Shown: piece after piece, positions 47,662 through 56,872 of the stretch
How positions within the stretch are numbered: position 1 is the stretch's first letter
How the letters are laid out: every line of letters begins with the position of its first letter
Assembly (NCBI GenBank): GCA_051880315.1
Contig: JBJENR010000033.1
Coordinates: 3,312-67,311, forward strand
DNA length: 64,000 nucleotides
Direction: 5' to 3'
Origin: Acetatifactor sp.
GTDB taxonomy: Bacteria > Bacillota > Clostridia > Lachnospirales > Lachnospiraceae
Program-made: the position numbers and the translations under genes
Notes under the pieces: generated by a model
Told to the model about the DNA's origin: nothing
Database searches by the model: none
What the model saw: the letters and a program-made list of their open reading frames with translations, nothing else

Positions 47662-48111
47662 TCACTCAATTATGACGGTTTCTATGGGCCCGACTTCCAC
47701 GGAAATTTCTATATTCTGTGATGTTTCCGACGCATTTCCGGCGGGAGACTCCCCTCCTTCTTCCGCCATTTCCTGCTGTGCCTCCCTTTTCTGCTCTTCC
47801 ATCCGCCTTCGCACCTCCTCCAACGTCATTCTTTCCAGGATTTCGTCTGCCCTGGCGGCTTCTTCCGCCTCCAGTCCCATCTCCTGCTCCAGACCTTCCC
47901 GAAACCTTTCCAGCCGCTGTGCCACCTGCTCCATGCCGCTTCCCAGGAAAAAATTACCTATGGGCAGAAAAAGCTGAAGCAATATCATAATACTGACCAG
48001 CAGCTTTAAATATTTCTCATATGCCTCCCGGGGACGAAAATGTACAATGGCCTGGGCACATATCATAAAGATTCCCACCTTGCAGATTGCCTGAAACAAT
48101 GCATTTCTCAT
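47662..48111 (-). CDS. spoIIIAF: Stage III sporulation protein AF
   Basis: YEKYLKLLVSIMILLQLFLPI; operon position. Confidence 0.8.
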   Translation of the reverse strand: MRNALFQAICKVGIFMICAQAIVHFRPREAYEKYLKLLVSIMILLQLFLPIGNFFLGSGMEQVAQRLERFREGLEQEMGLEAEEAARADEILERMTLEEVRRRMEEQKREAQQEMAEEGGESPAGNASETSQNIEISVEVGPIETVIIE

Positions 48112-48127
48112 ACACTCCCTCCCTTTC

Positions 48128-49177
48128 TCAGCATCCGGCCACCGTGATGACAGCTATGGATATCAGAAATAAAAGCATGGCGGTTCCGGAGGTCTTGAAC
48201 ACCAGAAGCACACCGTCTCCAGCCCTGTTGGCGCAGGTGACCATTCTCTTATCACTGACCACCCCCACAAAAGCTGCTGCGCACTTCAGGACCAGTGCAA
48301 TCACGCCGATTTTTACCAGAGGGGCCGCACAAAGCAAAAGCATCAGCAAAAGTAATACAACCCCTACACTGTTCTTAATGACCAGGGCTGACCCCAACAC
48401 CAGCTCCACAGCACCCTCCGCTGCATTTCCAACTCCGGGAATGGCTGAGACGATTTTCTGCAGAGCTGATTTTCTTACCGAGTCCACCACCGGTGTTATC
48501 AGAGCCTGAAAGACGCTGATACCCGTCACCACCCCCACTGCTCCCTTCAAAATCCAACCGATTCCCTTTTCCAAGAGTTCCACCAGAAGTGTCAGTTTCT
48601 CTTCTGTCCAGATTCCGTTCACCACCGACAGCATCACAAAGCAGTAGATAAAAGGCAATACTCCCTGAACCAGTATACATTCCACGCCATATATGACCAA
48701 GAGCATCAACTGGCAGCTGACACTGACCGTTGCCGCCCCCACTGCGATTCCCACGGAAATCAGATAGGCAGGCACAAGCAGCCTGATAAAGAGCGTGATG
48801 TTCTCCAGAGCCGCAGCAGAGGTTTCCGCAGCCTCTGTAAAGCATCGAAACAATATGACGGTAAACAACAGATACATAAAATAAAAACTTAAATCTGCCA
48901 CCTGATGTCTATCAAATATTTCCACAAAATGCGTCACAAGTGAAGATACAATGCCAAGAACTAACAGCCACACAAAGATACTTCTCATGCCGGCCAACTG
49001 ATTTGTTATACTGTGCAGCCACTCCTCGGCAAGAACGGACAGCGCCCCGGGAATATTCCCGCTCATCACCAGTCCAAGGAGCTGCTCCAGAGACAATGAC
49101 CACCCCGGAAAAAGCTGTTCCACCCCCATCTCCAGCCTGTCCAGTCCGTAATCCTGCCAGATTGCTTCCAAATCCAT
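48128..49177 (-). CDS. spoIIIAE: Stage III sporulation protein AE
   Basis: Polytopic; IPGVGNA...GSALVIKNSVG...PLVKI; operon position. Confidence 0.9.
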   Translation of the reverse strand: MDLEAIWQDYGLDRLEMGVEQLFPGWSLSLEQLLGLVMSGNIPGALSVLAEEWLHSITNQLAGMRSIFVWLLVLGIVSSLVTHFVEIFDRHQVADLSFYFMYLLFTVILFRCFTEAAETSAAALENITLFIRLLVPAYLISVGIAVGAATVSVSCQLMLLVIYGVECILVQGVLPFIYCFVMLSVVNGIWTEEKLTLLVELLEKGIGWILKGAVGVVTGISVFQALITPVVDSVRKSALQKIVSAIPGVGNAAEGAVELVLGSALVIKNSVGVVLLLLMLLLCAAPLVKIGVIALVLKCAAAFVGVVSDKRMVTCANRAGDGVLLVFKTSGTAMLLFLISIAVITVAGC

Positions 49178-49191
49178 CTTTTTGCTCCTGT

Positions 49192-49578
49192 CTATAGAAA
49201 ATTGTTAATCTGTTCCATCACGGCAAACAGAATCGGCAGTCCGGCAAACATTACCGACAGCTTTCCCAACACCTCAATCTGCCCCGCCACGGACTGATAT
49301 CCGGCATCCCTGCATATGCCTGCGCTGAATTCACAGATGTAGGTGATGCCTATGACCTTCAGCAGAAACACCAGATAACTCTCAGAGCCGCCCAGATAGC
49401 TGCGCAGTCTGCCGAGCTGTATCGTGACTGCCTCTGCCTGCCGCAGTGCATAGCCCAAAATGAGAATTCCGATTCCCATGCCGATATACATGCCGTATTC
49501 CGGCTTCTGTCCCTTAAACTGCAATGCCAGCAGTACACCGACAATCCCAAGAAAAGCAACCTTCACAAACTCCTGCAT
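49192..49578 (-). CDS. spoIIIAD: Stage III sporulation protein AD
   Basis: LLKVIGITYICEFSAGICRDAG...IEVLGKL. Confidence 0.93.
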   Translation of the reverse strand: MQEFVKVAFLGIVGVLLALQFKGQKPEYGMYIGMGIGILILGYALRQAEAVTIQLGRLRSYLGGSESYLVFLLKVIGITYICEFSAGICRDAGYQSVAGQIEVLGKLSVMFAGLPILFAVMEQINNFL

Positions 49579-49596
49579 ATCCCGCTCCTTTTCGTT

Positions 49597-49791
49597 TCAC
49601 AGAGAAAACAGGGCCTGTACCGTCTGAAACAGCTCATATATGTACGGAATCACCCATGTCAATACAAGAATCAGTCCCACAAGACTGAGCAGAAAAGCCT
49701 GCTCTTCTCTCCCACTGTGTTTCAGCACCTGGCTGAGTATCGTAACCAGAATTCCCACTGCCGCAATCTTAAATATCAGATTTACTCCCAT
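49597..49791 (-). CDS. spoIIIAC: Stage III sporulation protein AC
   Basis: MGVNLIFKIAAVGILVTILSQVLKHSGREEQA; GGAG RBS supports 49791. Confidence 0.95.
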   Translation of the reverse strand: MGVNLIFKIAAVGILVTILSQVLKHSGREEQAFLLSLVGLILVLTWVIPYIYELFQTVQALFSL

Positions 49792-49848
49792 AGTTTTCTC
49801 CATCCTTTATCGTCCATGACAATGCATTAATCCCTGAAATCACCTGCG

Positions 49849-50367
49849 TTACCAGAGTACCAGAATAATCAGGAAGCCGCCCATAGCACCAAGGCTTACT
49901 GCCATCCGGCACCTCTCACCGTTTCCCGCGGAAAGCTCCTCCGCCCTTGCCTCCAGCTGCTCCCTGCTCTGCTCCAGCAGCCGCAGCTGCAGACTGCTGT
50001 CCGCAAATCCGTATGTCCCCACAAACCGAAAAAAATCTTCAATATCCTCCTGTTTTAGCGGAAGCCCTTTCAGTGCCGGCTCCACAGAGCTTCGAAAAAT
50101 CCGTTCAAAGCTTTCGCCTCCGTTTTGACGCATCCTCTCCGCCACCTGTTCAAAGGCGGTTTGACATTCTCCCTTGAGTCTGATTGCAATATGCCCGCAG
50201 CACTCCGATAAGGTGTCCCTGCCATATCGTATTTCCCCTTCCAGCAGAATCAGAATCGTCCGAAGCATACGGATAGCCCGGATTCTTCCCGTAAATTCGT
50301 TCTTATACCAGACACCCATTCCCAGACTTCCTGCGATAATCATGCAGCAGGCTATTCCCTTGAGCAC
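49849..50367 (-). CDS. spoIIIAB: Stage III sporulation protein AB
   Basis: GEIRYG...L..ED...G..D...Q...L...SLG..GG; GTG start 50367 with GGAGG RBS. Confidence 0.88.
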   Translation of the reverse strand: MLKGIACCMIIAGSLGMGVWYKNEFTGRIRAIRMLRTILILLEGEIRYGRDTLSECCGHIAIRLKGECQTAFEQVAERMRQNGGESFERIFRSSVEPALKGLPLKQEDIEDFFRFVGTYGFADSSLQLRLLEQSREQLEARAEELSAGNGERCRMAVSLGAMGGFLIILVLW

Positions 50368-51293
50368 GATATTTCTCCTCCTCTCCTCACCTCCCTGATA
50401 CGGCAACTTCCGTTCTTTCTCTCCAGCAAAACAACCCTTTGGAAGAGCTGTTCAAACTCTCCCCTGCCAAATCTGGTCCCGAGGTCCTCCGTCCCGTCTC
50501 CGTGGGCTGTTGCTAATATTTTGCAGCCACAGGCTGCCGCACGGCGCAGAGCCTCCAGTTCCCCGGAATTTCCCAGTTCATCAATGGCAATCACTTCAGG
50601 GGTCATACTCCGTAGAAGCATCATCATGGCAACTTCCTTTGGGCAGGCATCCAGCACATCCGTCCGCATTCCCACATCATTCTGAGGTTTTCCTCCATAG
50701 GCTCCCGCAATCTCCGAACGCTCATCAGCTACCGCCACAGTCATTCCCCGGCCGTATCTGTTGCCATCAGAGACCTGACGGACCAAATCCCTCAACAGGG
50801 TTGTCTTTCCGCAGCCAGGGGGCGATACAATCAGCGAATTCATCAACCTGCCGTTCTCATATACCTCGGGCAACAGCCCATCCGCCGCTCCTTTGACCTC
50901 ATGAGCCACCCGGATATTCATAAAACTAATATTCTTGACAGTGCGTACTTTCCCATCACCGTTCAGTACCGCTTGTCCCGCCACACCTACCCTGTGTCCT
51001 CCCGCAACGGTGAGAAAGCCCTGCCTCAATTCCTCCTCATATGCATAAACGGAATAGTGGCATATGTGCTCCAGCAATTCATCCAATTCTCCTCTTGAGA
51101 CAAACATCGCATCCCCGGCCTTGTCCGTCAAATTGCCCTCACGGTCCAAAAACAGCTCCTCTCCCAGCCGATAAATGATAATCGGTCTGTCAGCCCTGAG
51201 TCGGATTTCCCGGATTTCCTTCTGACAGGCGGCAATCCTTTTCCAAAAATCCCTTCTTTGGGCAGGAAATAATTGCAGAATCGTATTCTCCAT
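50352..51293 (-). CDS. spoIIIAA: Stage III sporulation protein AA (ATPase)
   Basis: EIRLRADRP, GFLTVAGGHRVG, PPGCGKTTLLRD, DERSEIA, RSMTPEVIAIDE. Confidence 0.96.
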   Translation of the reverse strand: MENTILQLFPAQRRDFWKRIAACQKEIREIRLRADRPIIIYRLGEELFLDREGNLTDKAGDAMFVSRGELDELLEHICHYSVYAYEEELRQGFLTVAGGHRVGVAGQAVLNGDGKVRTVKNISFMNIRVAHEVKGAADGLLPEVYENGRLMNSLIVSPPGCGKTTLLRDLVRQVSDGNRYGRGMTVAVADERSEIAGAYGGKPQNDVGMRTDVLDACPKEVAMMMLLRSMTPEVIAIDELGNSGELEALRRAAACGCKILATAHGDGTEDLGTRFGRGEFEQLFQRVVLLERKNGSCRIREVRRGGEISCSRE

Positions 51294-51313
51294 TTCTGCT
51301 TCCTCCTCACTCC

Positions 51314-51341
51314 AATATATGAGAAACCTGTCCTAATATTC
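51314..51341 (-). promoter_or_regulatory. Candidate sigma-E promoter of the spoIIIA operon
   Basis: Minus strand GAATA-15 nt-CATATATT just upstream of the GAGGAGG RBS; spoIIIA is sigma-E dependent in Bacillus and Clostridia. Confidence 0.55.
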
Positions 51342-51383
51342 CTGTGAATCTCAACTTCCGTTGTCTTAATTTTGCACAACAAA

Positions 51384-51415
51384 AAAACAGCAGTATGCGA
51401 AGACACTGCTGTTTT
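51384..51415 (-). terminator. Intrinsic terminator upstream of spoIIIAA
   Basis: AAAACAGCAGT...ACTGCTGTTTT inverted repeat with a T-tail on the minus strand. Confidence 0.75.
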
Positions 51416-51423
51416 CTCTGATT

Positions 51424-52923
51424 TTAATATGTGTAGATGTTATGATAGATTCTGCAATATCCGCCGCCCAGCCTCTGCACCTGTATCTGTATAACAAAAT
51501 TTTCTACCTTCAATTCCTTCAGTGCATCGTCTACATAACCTGCACGGTGACCGCCCTCTCCATATGCCCTTTCGATGGAGGGCCAAAGACTCTCCGGAAC
51601 TACATTGGAGAATTTCTTGTCTCCCACACCAACCTTTATCAGGCTGGCTTTACAATCCTCATAATACTCCTTCAGGGTTTCCATCACCTCGTCCTCGGTG
51701 ATTCCGGCCTTTTCCAGATTCTCCTTTTTCTTTTCCTCTTCACTCTTCTCAGGTTCCTCCGGCTGCTCTTCTCTTTCCTGCCACCTCAGAGGCTTCTGCG
51801 GATTGGGGTTAATATAGGCATCTGCAATTCCTTCCGTAGCAACACTGCTCCCCTGATGCAATGCTCCCTCACAGGCAGGAAGATAAATCGAAAGTCCCGT
51901 TCTGACATGGGTTTCCATGAATTCGCTATCCGTTTTATTATAATAGTCATAGGTGCCGGGGTCTGTATCATCCCATGTGACATCCACATTGCGGTATCCG
52001 TCATCCAGCTTTACAATGTTCCATGCATGCTCCTGTCCCGTATATCCGGCACAGTAATAACAGGGAATCTCCAACTGCTGCATCAGGTACTGAAATGCCC
52101 TTGCATATCCCGCACACACGGTTCTGCCCAGTACCAAGGCACTGTATGCGCTCTGATTCATCAGAGAGGACTCGGCATATTCTGCTACCTGCACAAGTGC
52201 ATCATGGACATACTGCTCCTTTTCATAGATGCTGTTCAGCTTTCTTGCACCTTCCAGAATCTCCTCAGCATAAGCCTGAAACTGCTTCTTTGCCTCAGTC
52301 AGATCATTTGCCGTGGCATTATACCTTAAGGTAATTTCCACACATATGCCGGTTTTCAGATATTTGCAGGAATACTCTGACTCCAGCCAGAAAAGCTCCG
52401 GATGATCGTTATATACTGCCTCCATGACATTCTTAACCTGCCCTGTTGTCACCGGGACAACCGGTGCAAAAGAAGTAATAAGCTTTTCCGCATTGGCATA
52501 AACCTGCCGGTACAACTGCTGAAGCGTGGGATTCAGCATAGAATAATATGGATAATAAAGCTGGGAAAACTCAGCGTTCTCTCCTGTCTCTCCGGGAGAC
52601 AGAATACTGCTCAGATTATCCGCTTCCTCCTGCAGAATCTGCTCTGTCTGACCTATCAACGGCTGATACCCCGTCAGCCCCGTCACCTGCTCCGGCACCC
52701 TTTGGGGCAATGACTCAGGAATCAGGTATCCTTTGGTCGCAAGCTCCTGGACCAACCCCTCAGTCTCCAAATCAGACGGCGTCTCCACCGGCTGTTTCAT
52801 AAGCTGTATCTTATCCGCCAGTTTTTGTGTCAGGGAAGGATTCAGGGCGCATACCAGAATGCCTGCACTGGCCAGTATGAGAAGCATTACGATTAACATC
52901 AACAGTCTCTTGATGTACTTCAT
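51424..52923 (-). CDS. Membrane-anchored transglutaminase-like domain protein
   Basis: N-terminal TM; TVCAGYARA, HAWN, VDVTWDD triad motifs. Confidence 0.85.
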   Translation of the reverse strand: MKYIKRLLMLIVMLLILASAGILVCALNPSLTQKLADKIQLMKQPVETPSDLETEGLVQELATKGYLIPESLPQRVPEQVTGLTGYQPLIGQTEQILQEEADNLSSILSPGETGENAEFSQLYYPYYSMLNPTLQQLYRQVYANAEKLITSFAPVVPVTTGQVKNVMEAVYNDHPELFWLESEYSCKYLKTGICVEITLRYNATANDLTEAKKQFQAYAEEILEGARKLNSIYEKEQYVHDALVQVAEYAESSLMNQSAYSALVLGRTVCAGYARAFQYLMQQLEIPCYYCAGYTGQEHAWNIVKLDDGYRNVDVTWDDTDPGTYDYYNKTDSEFMETHVRTGLSIYLPACEGALHQGSSVATEGIADAYINPNPQKPLRWQEREEQPEEPEKSEEEKKKENLEKAGITEDEVMETLKEYYEDCKASLIKVGVGDKKFSNVVPESLWPSIERAYGEGGHRAGYVDDALKELKVENFVIQIQVQRLGGGYCRIYHNIYTY

Positions 52924-52924
52924 A

Positions 52925-53593
52925 TTATACCCCACTTAAAAAAGCTAAAAGAAACGGAATGTTACCGATGAAAGCAACAATCAAAGCCAACAGGATAGCC
53001 ATAATCGCCACCATTTTTATTTTTCGGTAGTTTTCCGTGCCTTTTCCCTTATTCAGGGCAATTACAGACAGAATAATACCTATCAGCGGCGAAAACAAAC
53101 CAATTCCCATAGCCAGGAATGCAATCACATAACTGTTGTTTTCTTCGGCATCTGAATTCTTTTCACCGAAAAAAGGATTCTGCCAGCTTGTGTCCTTCTT
53201 CCATGTCTTGTGATTGTCTCCGGGGTTGTCTTCATGATGAATCGGGTCGGAATTCATATGACCGTTTGCATAATCGGTATCCCCCTGCTGCAATGTCACC
53301 AGAAGCCTCTCAATACTCTCAAGATACTCTTTTCTGCTGGCACCGCCGCCTACACCATTCAGGTCCATCTCACCGCCGAAGCTGTTCTTAAGCCATGCTT
53401 CCAAGTGAAAAAGTCCACAGGTATAGGACCACTTCATATAACGTTCCTTGCCATAACTGTCCTTGTAACAGTAAACCATCTCGTCATTCCAATAGCTCCG
53501 TGTAAAGCTGTTGTGATAAAAATAATCCTCCATCACAATACTTACAATGTCAAGAGACTTATCCAGCTGAACCTCCTTAACAAATCTTCCCAT
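52925..53593 (-). CDS. Hypothetical protein with C-terminal TM helices (DUF4190-like tail)
   Basis: AAGGAG RBS; soluble N-domain; C-terminal hairpin FSPLIGIILSVIAL...K..AIMAI. Confidence 0.6.
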   Translation of the reverse strand: MGRFVKEVQLDKSLDIVSIVMEDYFYHNSFTRSYWNDEMVYCYKDSYGKERYMKWSYTCGLFHLEAWLKNSFGGEMDLNGVGGGASRKEYLESIERLLVTLQQGDTDYANGHMNSDPIHHEDNPGDNHKTWKKDTSWQNPFFGEKNSDAEENNSYVIAFLAMGIGLFSPLIGIILSVIALNKGKGTENYRKIKMVAIMAILLALIVAFIGNIPFLLAFLSGV

Positions 53594-53752
53594 CCTTATC
53601 TCCTTGTATTCTACTTATATTGTTGCAGAGCCGAAATGAGTTATCGCCCCTATATTAACTGAATTAGTTACGGTTTCTGCAAAATATAGCAAATTCAAAT
53701 AATATCGGGACTCGTGACCACTTCCCCTGCAGCTTGTATATCTTGCTTTAAC

Positions 53753-54307
53753 TCAATGCACAAATACGTTATCACAGAGAACCACGATTTTCCGGGGTGT
53801 AGTCTGAGCAGGGATGCTGCGGGTAGAATTTTCATAAAAAACTACCAGATTATGATTCATGGGACTCCCCTGGAAATACTGATTGTTGGTAGTGCGAACC
53901 TCCACCGAACCGTCCATGTGCAGCTGCAGTGTCTGCTCAGCATTTACCATGTTCTCATCATAATAGCTCACGTCAATCATCCTGCCGTTTTTGTTCTGTG
54001 CTGCCACCACAGCATTATACTGGGGCGGAAAAATCAGCGGTACGGGAGCCTGGACATCATACCAGAAGGTACAGTTCATCCCCACGGAAAGAGTCTCAAA
54101 ATCCACCGCATAAGTAAAGGGTGTCACCAGAAAATTCACGATATTTCCGTCCATATCCTCTATAGACATATAATTCATACATCCATTGGCCCTCTGGCCT
54201 CCCAGTCTCGTAGCCACGATATCCACAATTGTCCCAGTCACCGGAGCAAATCTGCTTCCCAAGGGCATTCCGCCGTTCTCCCTGTTAAAATCCATACCAT
54301 ACCTCAT
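53753..54307 (-). CDS. Conserved clostridial hypothetical protein
   Basis: GAGG RBS; C-terminal TRSIPAQTTPRKIVVLC motif; PLIFPPQY motif. Confidence 0.65.
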   Translation of the reverse strand: MRYGMDFNRENGGMPLGSRFAPVTGTIVDIVATRLGGQRANGCMNYMSIEDMDGNIVNFLVTPFTYAVDFETLSVGMNCTFWYDVQAPVPLIFPPQYNAVVAAQNKNGRMIDVSYYDENMVNAEQTLQLHMDGSVEVRTTNNQYFQGSPMNHNLVVFYENSTRSIPAQTTPRKIVVLCDNVFVH

Positions 54308-54392
54308 TTCTGCATTTTAAGCTACATTCCCTATGCAAAATACATGTCTTGCCATACCTGTTTTTGCTTTTACACATTTTATGTTACTATGG

Positions 54393-55493
54393 CTATCCTT
54401 GTGCCTGTCCTGCATCCTGACCAAGAATAATTCCGCCACCCATCACATATTCCCCCTCATATAAAACCAACGCCTGACCGGGGGTCGCTGCCCGCACAGG
54501 TTTTTCAAAAATGCATTTCAGACGACCGTCCTGCATTTTTTCCACAGTACAATACTCACCTTTATGGTTGTAGCGTATCTTCGCCAGTGCTCTCACCGGT
54601 GTCTGAATGTCCTCCACCGACATAAAGTTTACCTCGTCACAGAGAACCTCGGACGTAAATATATCGTCATTTGAGCCAATAACTACCTGATTTGTCTCCG
54701 GCCGGATTTCCTTGACAAACACCCTTTCGCCCATAGGAAGCTCCAGACCTCTGCGTTGCCCCACCGTATAGTGACTGATACCCTTATGCCGCCCAAGCAC
54801 TCTTCCCTCCGGTGTCACAAAATCTCCCGGACCGGGTACACGTTCACCCGCCAGCCTGTCAATCAATCCTGCATAATCCCTGTCAGGCACGAAACAGATT
54901 TCCTGACTGTCAGGCTTGTTTGCCACGGGTAGTCCGACTTTTTCGGCCAATTCCCGAATCTGTTTCTTTGTATACGCCCCCACCGGCATCAGTGTATGGG
55001 ATAACTGTTCCTGGGTCAGATTGTATAGAGCATAGGTCTGGTCCTTGTCCGATGTGACGGAATTTCTCACGGCATATCTTCCGTTTTGCAGCCTGTCCAC
55101 TCTGGCATAATGCCCCGTTGCAATATAGTCTGCTCCAATCTCCAGACCACGCTTAAGCAAGGCCTCCCATTTCACATATCTGTTACAGGCAATACAGGGA
55201 TTGGGCGTCCTTCCCCGCAGATATTCCTCCACGAAGTAATCCACCACCTTGCACTTGAATTCCTGCTTAAAATTCATGACATAGTACGGAATCTCCAGCA
55301 TCTCTGCCACGCGGCGGGCATCCTCCACAGCCGTCAGCCCGCAACAACTGCCCTCATCCTGGGTTGCACCGGTATCGTCCTGCCAGAGCCGCATGGTAAC
55401 CCCTATGACATCATAACCCTGTTCCTTCAGCAGATAAGCTGCCACGGAGGAATCCACACCCCCGGACATTCCAACAATTACTTTTTCCTTCAT
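54393..55493 (-). CDS. mnmA: tRNA-specific 2-thiouridylase MnmA
   Basis: GMSGGVDSS, TPNPCIACN, IATGHYA, KDQTYAL, DSQEICF, TPGQ; start refined to 55493. Confidence 0.97.
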   Translation of the reverse strand: MKEKVIVGMSGGVDSSVAAYLLKEQGYDVIGVTMRLWQDDTGATQDEGSCCGLTAVEDARRVAEMLEIPYYVMNFKQEFKCKVVDYFVEEYLRGRTPNPCIACNRYVKWEALLKRGLEIGADYIATGHYARVDRLQNGRYAVRNSVTSDKDQTYALYNLTQEQLSHTLMPVGAYTKKQIRELAEKVGLPVANKPDSQEICFVPDRDYAGLIDRLAGERVPGPGDFVTPEGRVLGRHKGISHYTVGQRRGLELPMGERVFVKEIRPETNQVVIGSNDDIFTSEVLCDEVNFMSVEDIQTPVRALAKIRYNHKGEYCTVEKMQDGRLKCIFEKPVRAATPGQALVLYEGEYVMGGGIILGQDAGQAQG

Positions 55494-55507
55494 ATCTTCC
55501 TTCTCTA

Positions 55508-56704
55508 TCATTCCTTCGAAACCATATTTCTTCTGCAAAAATCCTCATACCCGACAGACATACTCCGCAATTTTGCTACAGCCTCTTTCAGGCTGTCCAG
55601 TACCTGCTCTATCTCCTCTTTTGTATTCGCCTCAGACAAAGTAATTCGCAGGGAACCCTCGGCCTCCTCTTTCGTCATTCCCAATGCCAACAGCACATGG
55701 GACGGATCCAACGCACCGGAAGTACAGGCCGAACCGCTGGAGGTACAGATTCCCTTCCTGTCCAGCATAATCACCAGGGCTTCGCCCTGTACAAAGCGAA
55801 AGGAAAAGTTGACATTACCCGGCAGCCGCTTCGTTCTGTGTCCGTTCAGCCGACAATACGGAATCTCCTGCTCGATTCTCTCAATCAGGTAATCCCTGAG
55901 TCTGGTTTCCTTCTCTGTTTTCTCCTGCATGAGCCTCACTGCTCTCTGTGCAGCCACAGCCATACCCACGATTCCGGGAACATTCTCAGTCCCAGCACGC
56001 CGTCCGCTCTCCTGGGCACCTCCGTGAATCAACGGATTTAACCTGAGACCTGAACGGATATAGAGAAATCCGATACCCTTTGGACCGTTTATCTTATGGC
56101 CGCTGGCGCTCAGCAAATCAATATTGAGTTCTTCCACATGAATCGGCAGTTGTCCGAAGGCCTGCACGGCATCTGTGTGAAAAAGAATTCCCCTCTCTCT
56201 TGCAATTGCACCGATTTCCTTAATGGGCTCCACCGTACCGATTTCATTATTTGCAAACATGATACTGATCAGTACCGTGTCCGGCCTGATTGCACGCTTC
56301 AGTTCTTCCGGATCGACCAGGCCATCCCTGTCGACTCCCAGATAAGTCACCTCAACCCCCTGCTCCTCCAGATATCGACAGGTATGAAGAACGGCATGAT
56401 GTTCAATCTTAGTTGTGATCAGATGCCTGCCCTTATCCCGATAGGTCTCCATGACAGCCTTCAGGGCCCAGTTGTCCGATTCCGTTCCCCCTGCAGTGAA
56501 AAAAATTTCTTCCTGCTTTGCCCCAAGGATACCGGCTATGGTCCTCTTGGCATGATTGACCGCTTTTTTTGCCGAAGAGCCCATAGAATATATGGCACTG
56601 GGGTTACCGTATTCTTCTCTCAAATAAGGCAGCATGGTCTCCAACACTTCAGGGGCGATTCCGGTAGTCGCTGCATTGTCAAGGTATATCATCCTTTTAT
56701 CCAT
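55508..56704 (-). CDS. iscS: Cysteine desulfurase (IscS/NifS family)
   Basis: YLDNAATT, GGTESDN, NNEIGT, HTDAVQ, SGHKINGPKG, SSGSACTSG. Confidence 0.93.
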   Translation of the reverse strand: MDKRMIYLDNAATTGIAPEVLETMLPYLREEYGNPSAIYSMGSSAKKAVNHAKRTIAGILGAKQEEIFFTAGGTESDNWALKAVMETYRDKGRHLITTKIEHHAVLHTCRYLEEQGVEVTYLGVDRDGLVDPEELKRAIRPDTVLISIMFANNEIGTVEPIKEIGAIARERGILFHTDAVQAFGQLPIHVEELNIDLLSASGHKINGPKGIGFLYIRSGLRLNPLIHGGAQESGRRAGTENVPGIVGMAVAAQRAVRLMQEKTEKETRLRDYLIERIEQEIPYCRLNGHRTKRLPGNVNFSFRFVQGEALVIMLDRKGICTSSGSACTSGALDPSHVLLALGMTKEEAEGSLRITLSEANTKEEIEQVLDSLKEAVAKLRSMSVGYEDFCRRNMVSKE

Positions 56705-56872
56705 ATAAAAAATCCTTTTACCACTCACTTGACATATAAATTGCTCCGTTGCCTGACAACTCCCACAATTTCATTATATATTTTATCGCTTAAATTACAT
56801 CGGCGCAATAGCCATTAGCATCATTTATGAAACGTCTGAATATAGATAGACAAAACCCGGCAGTGTAACATC

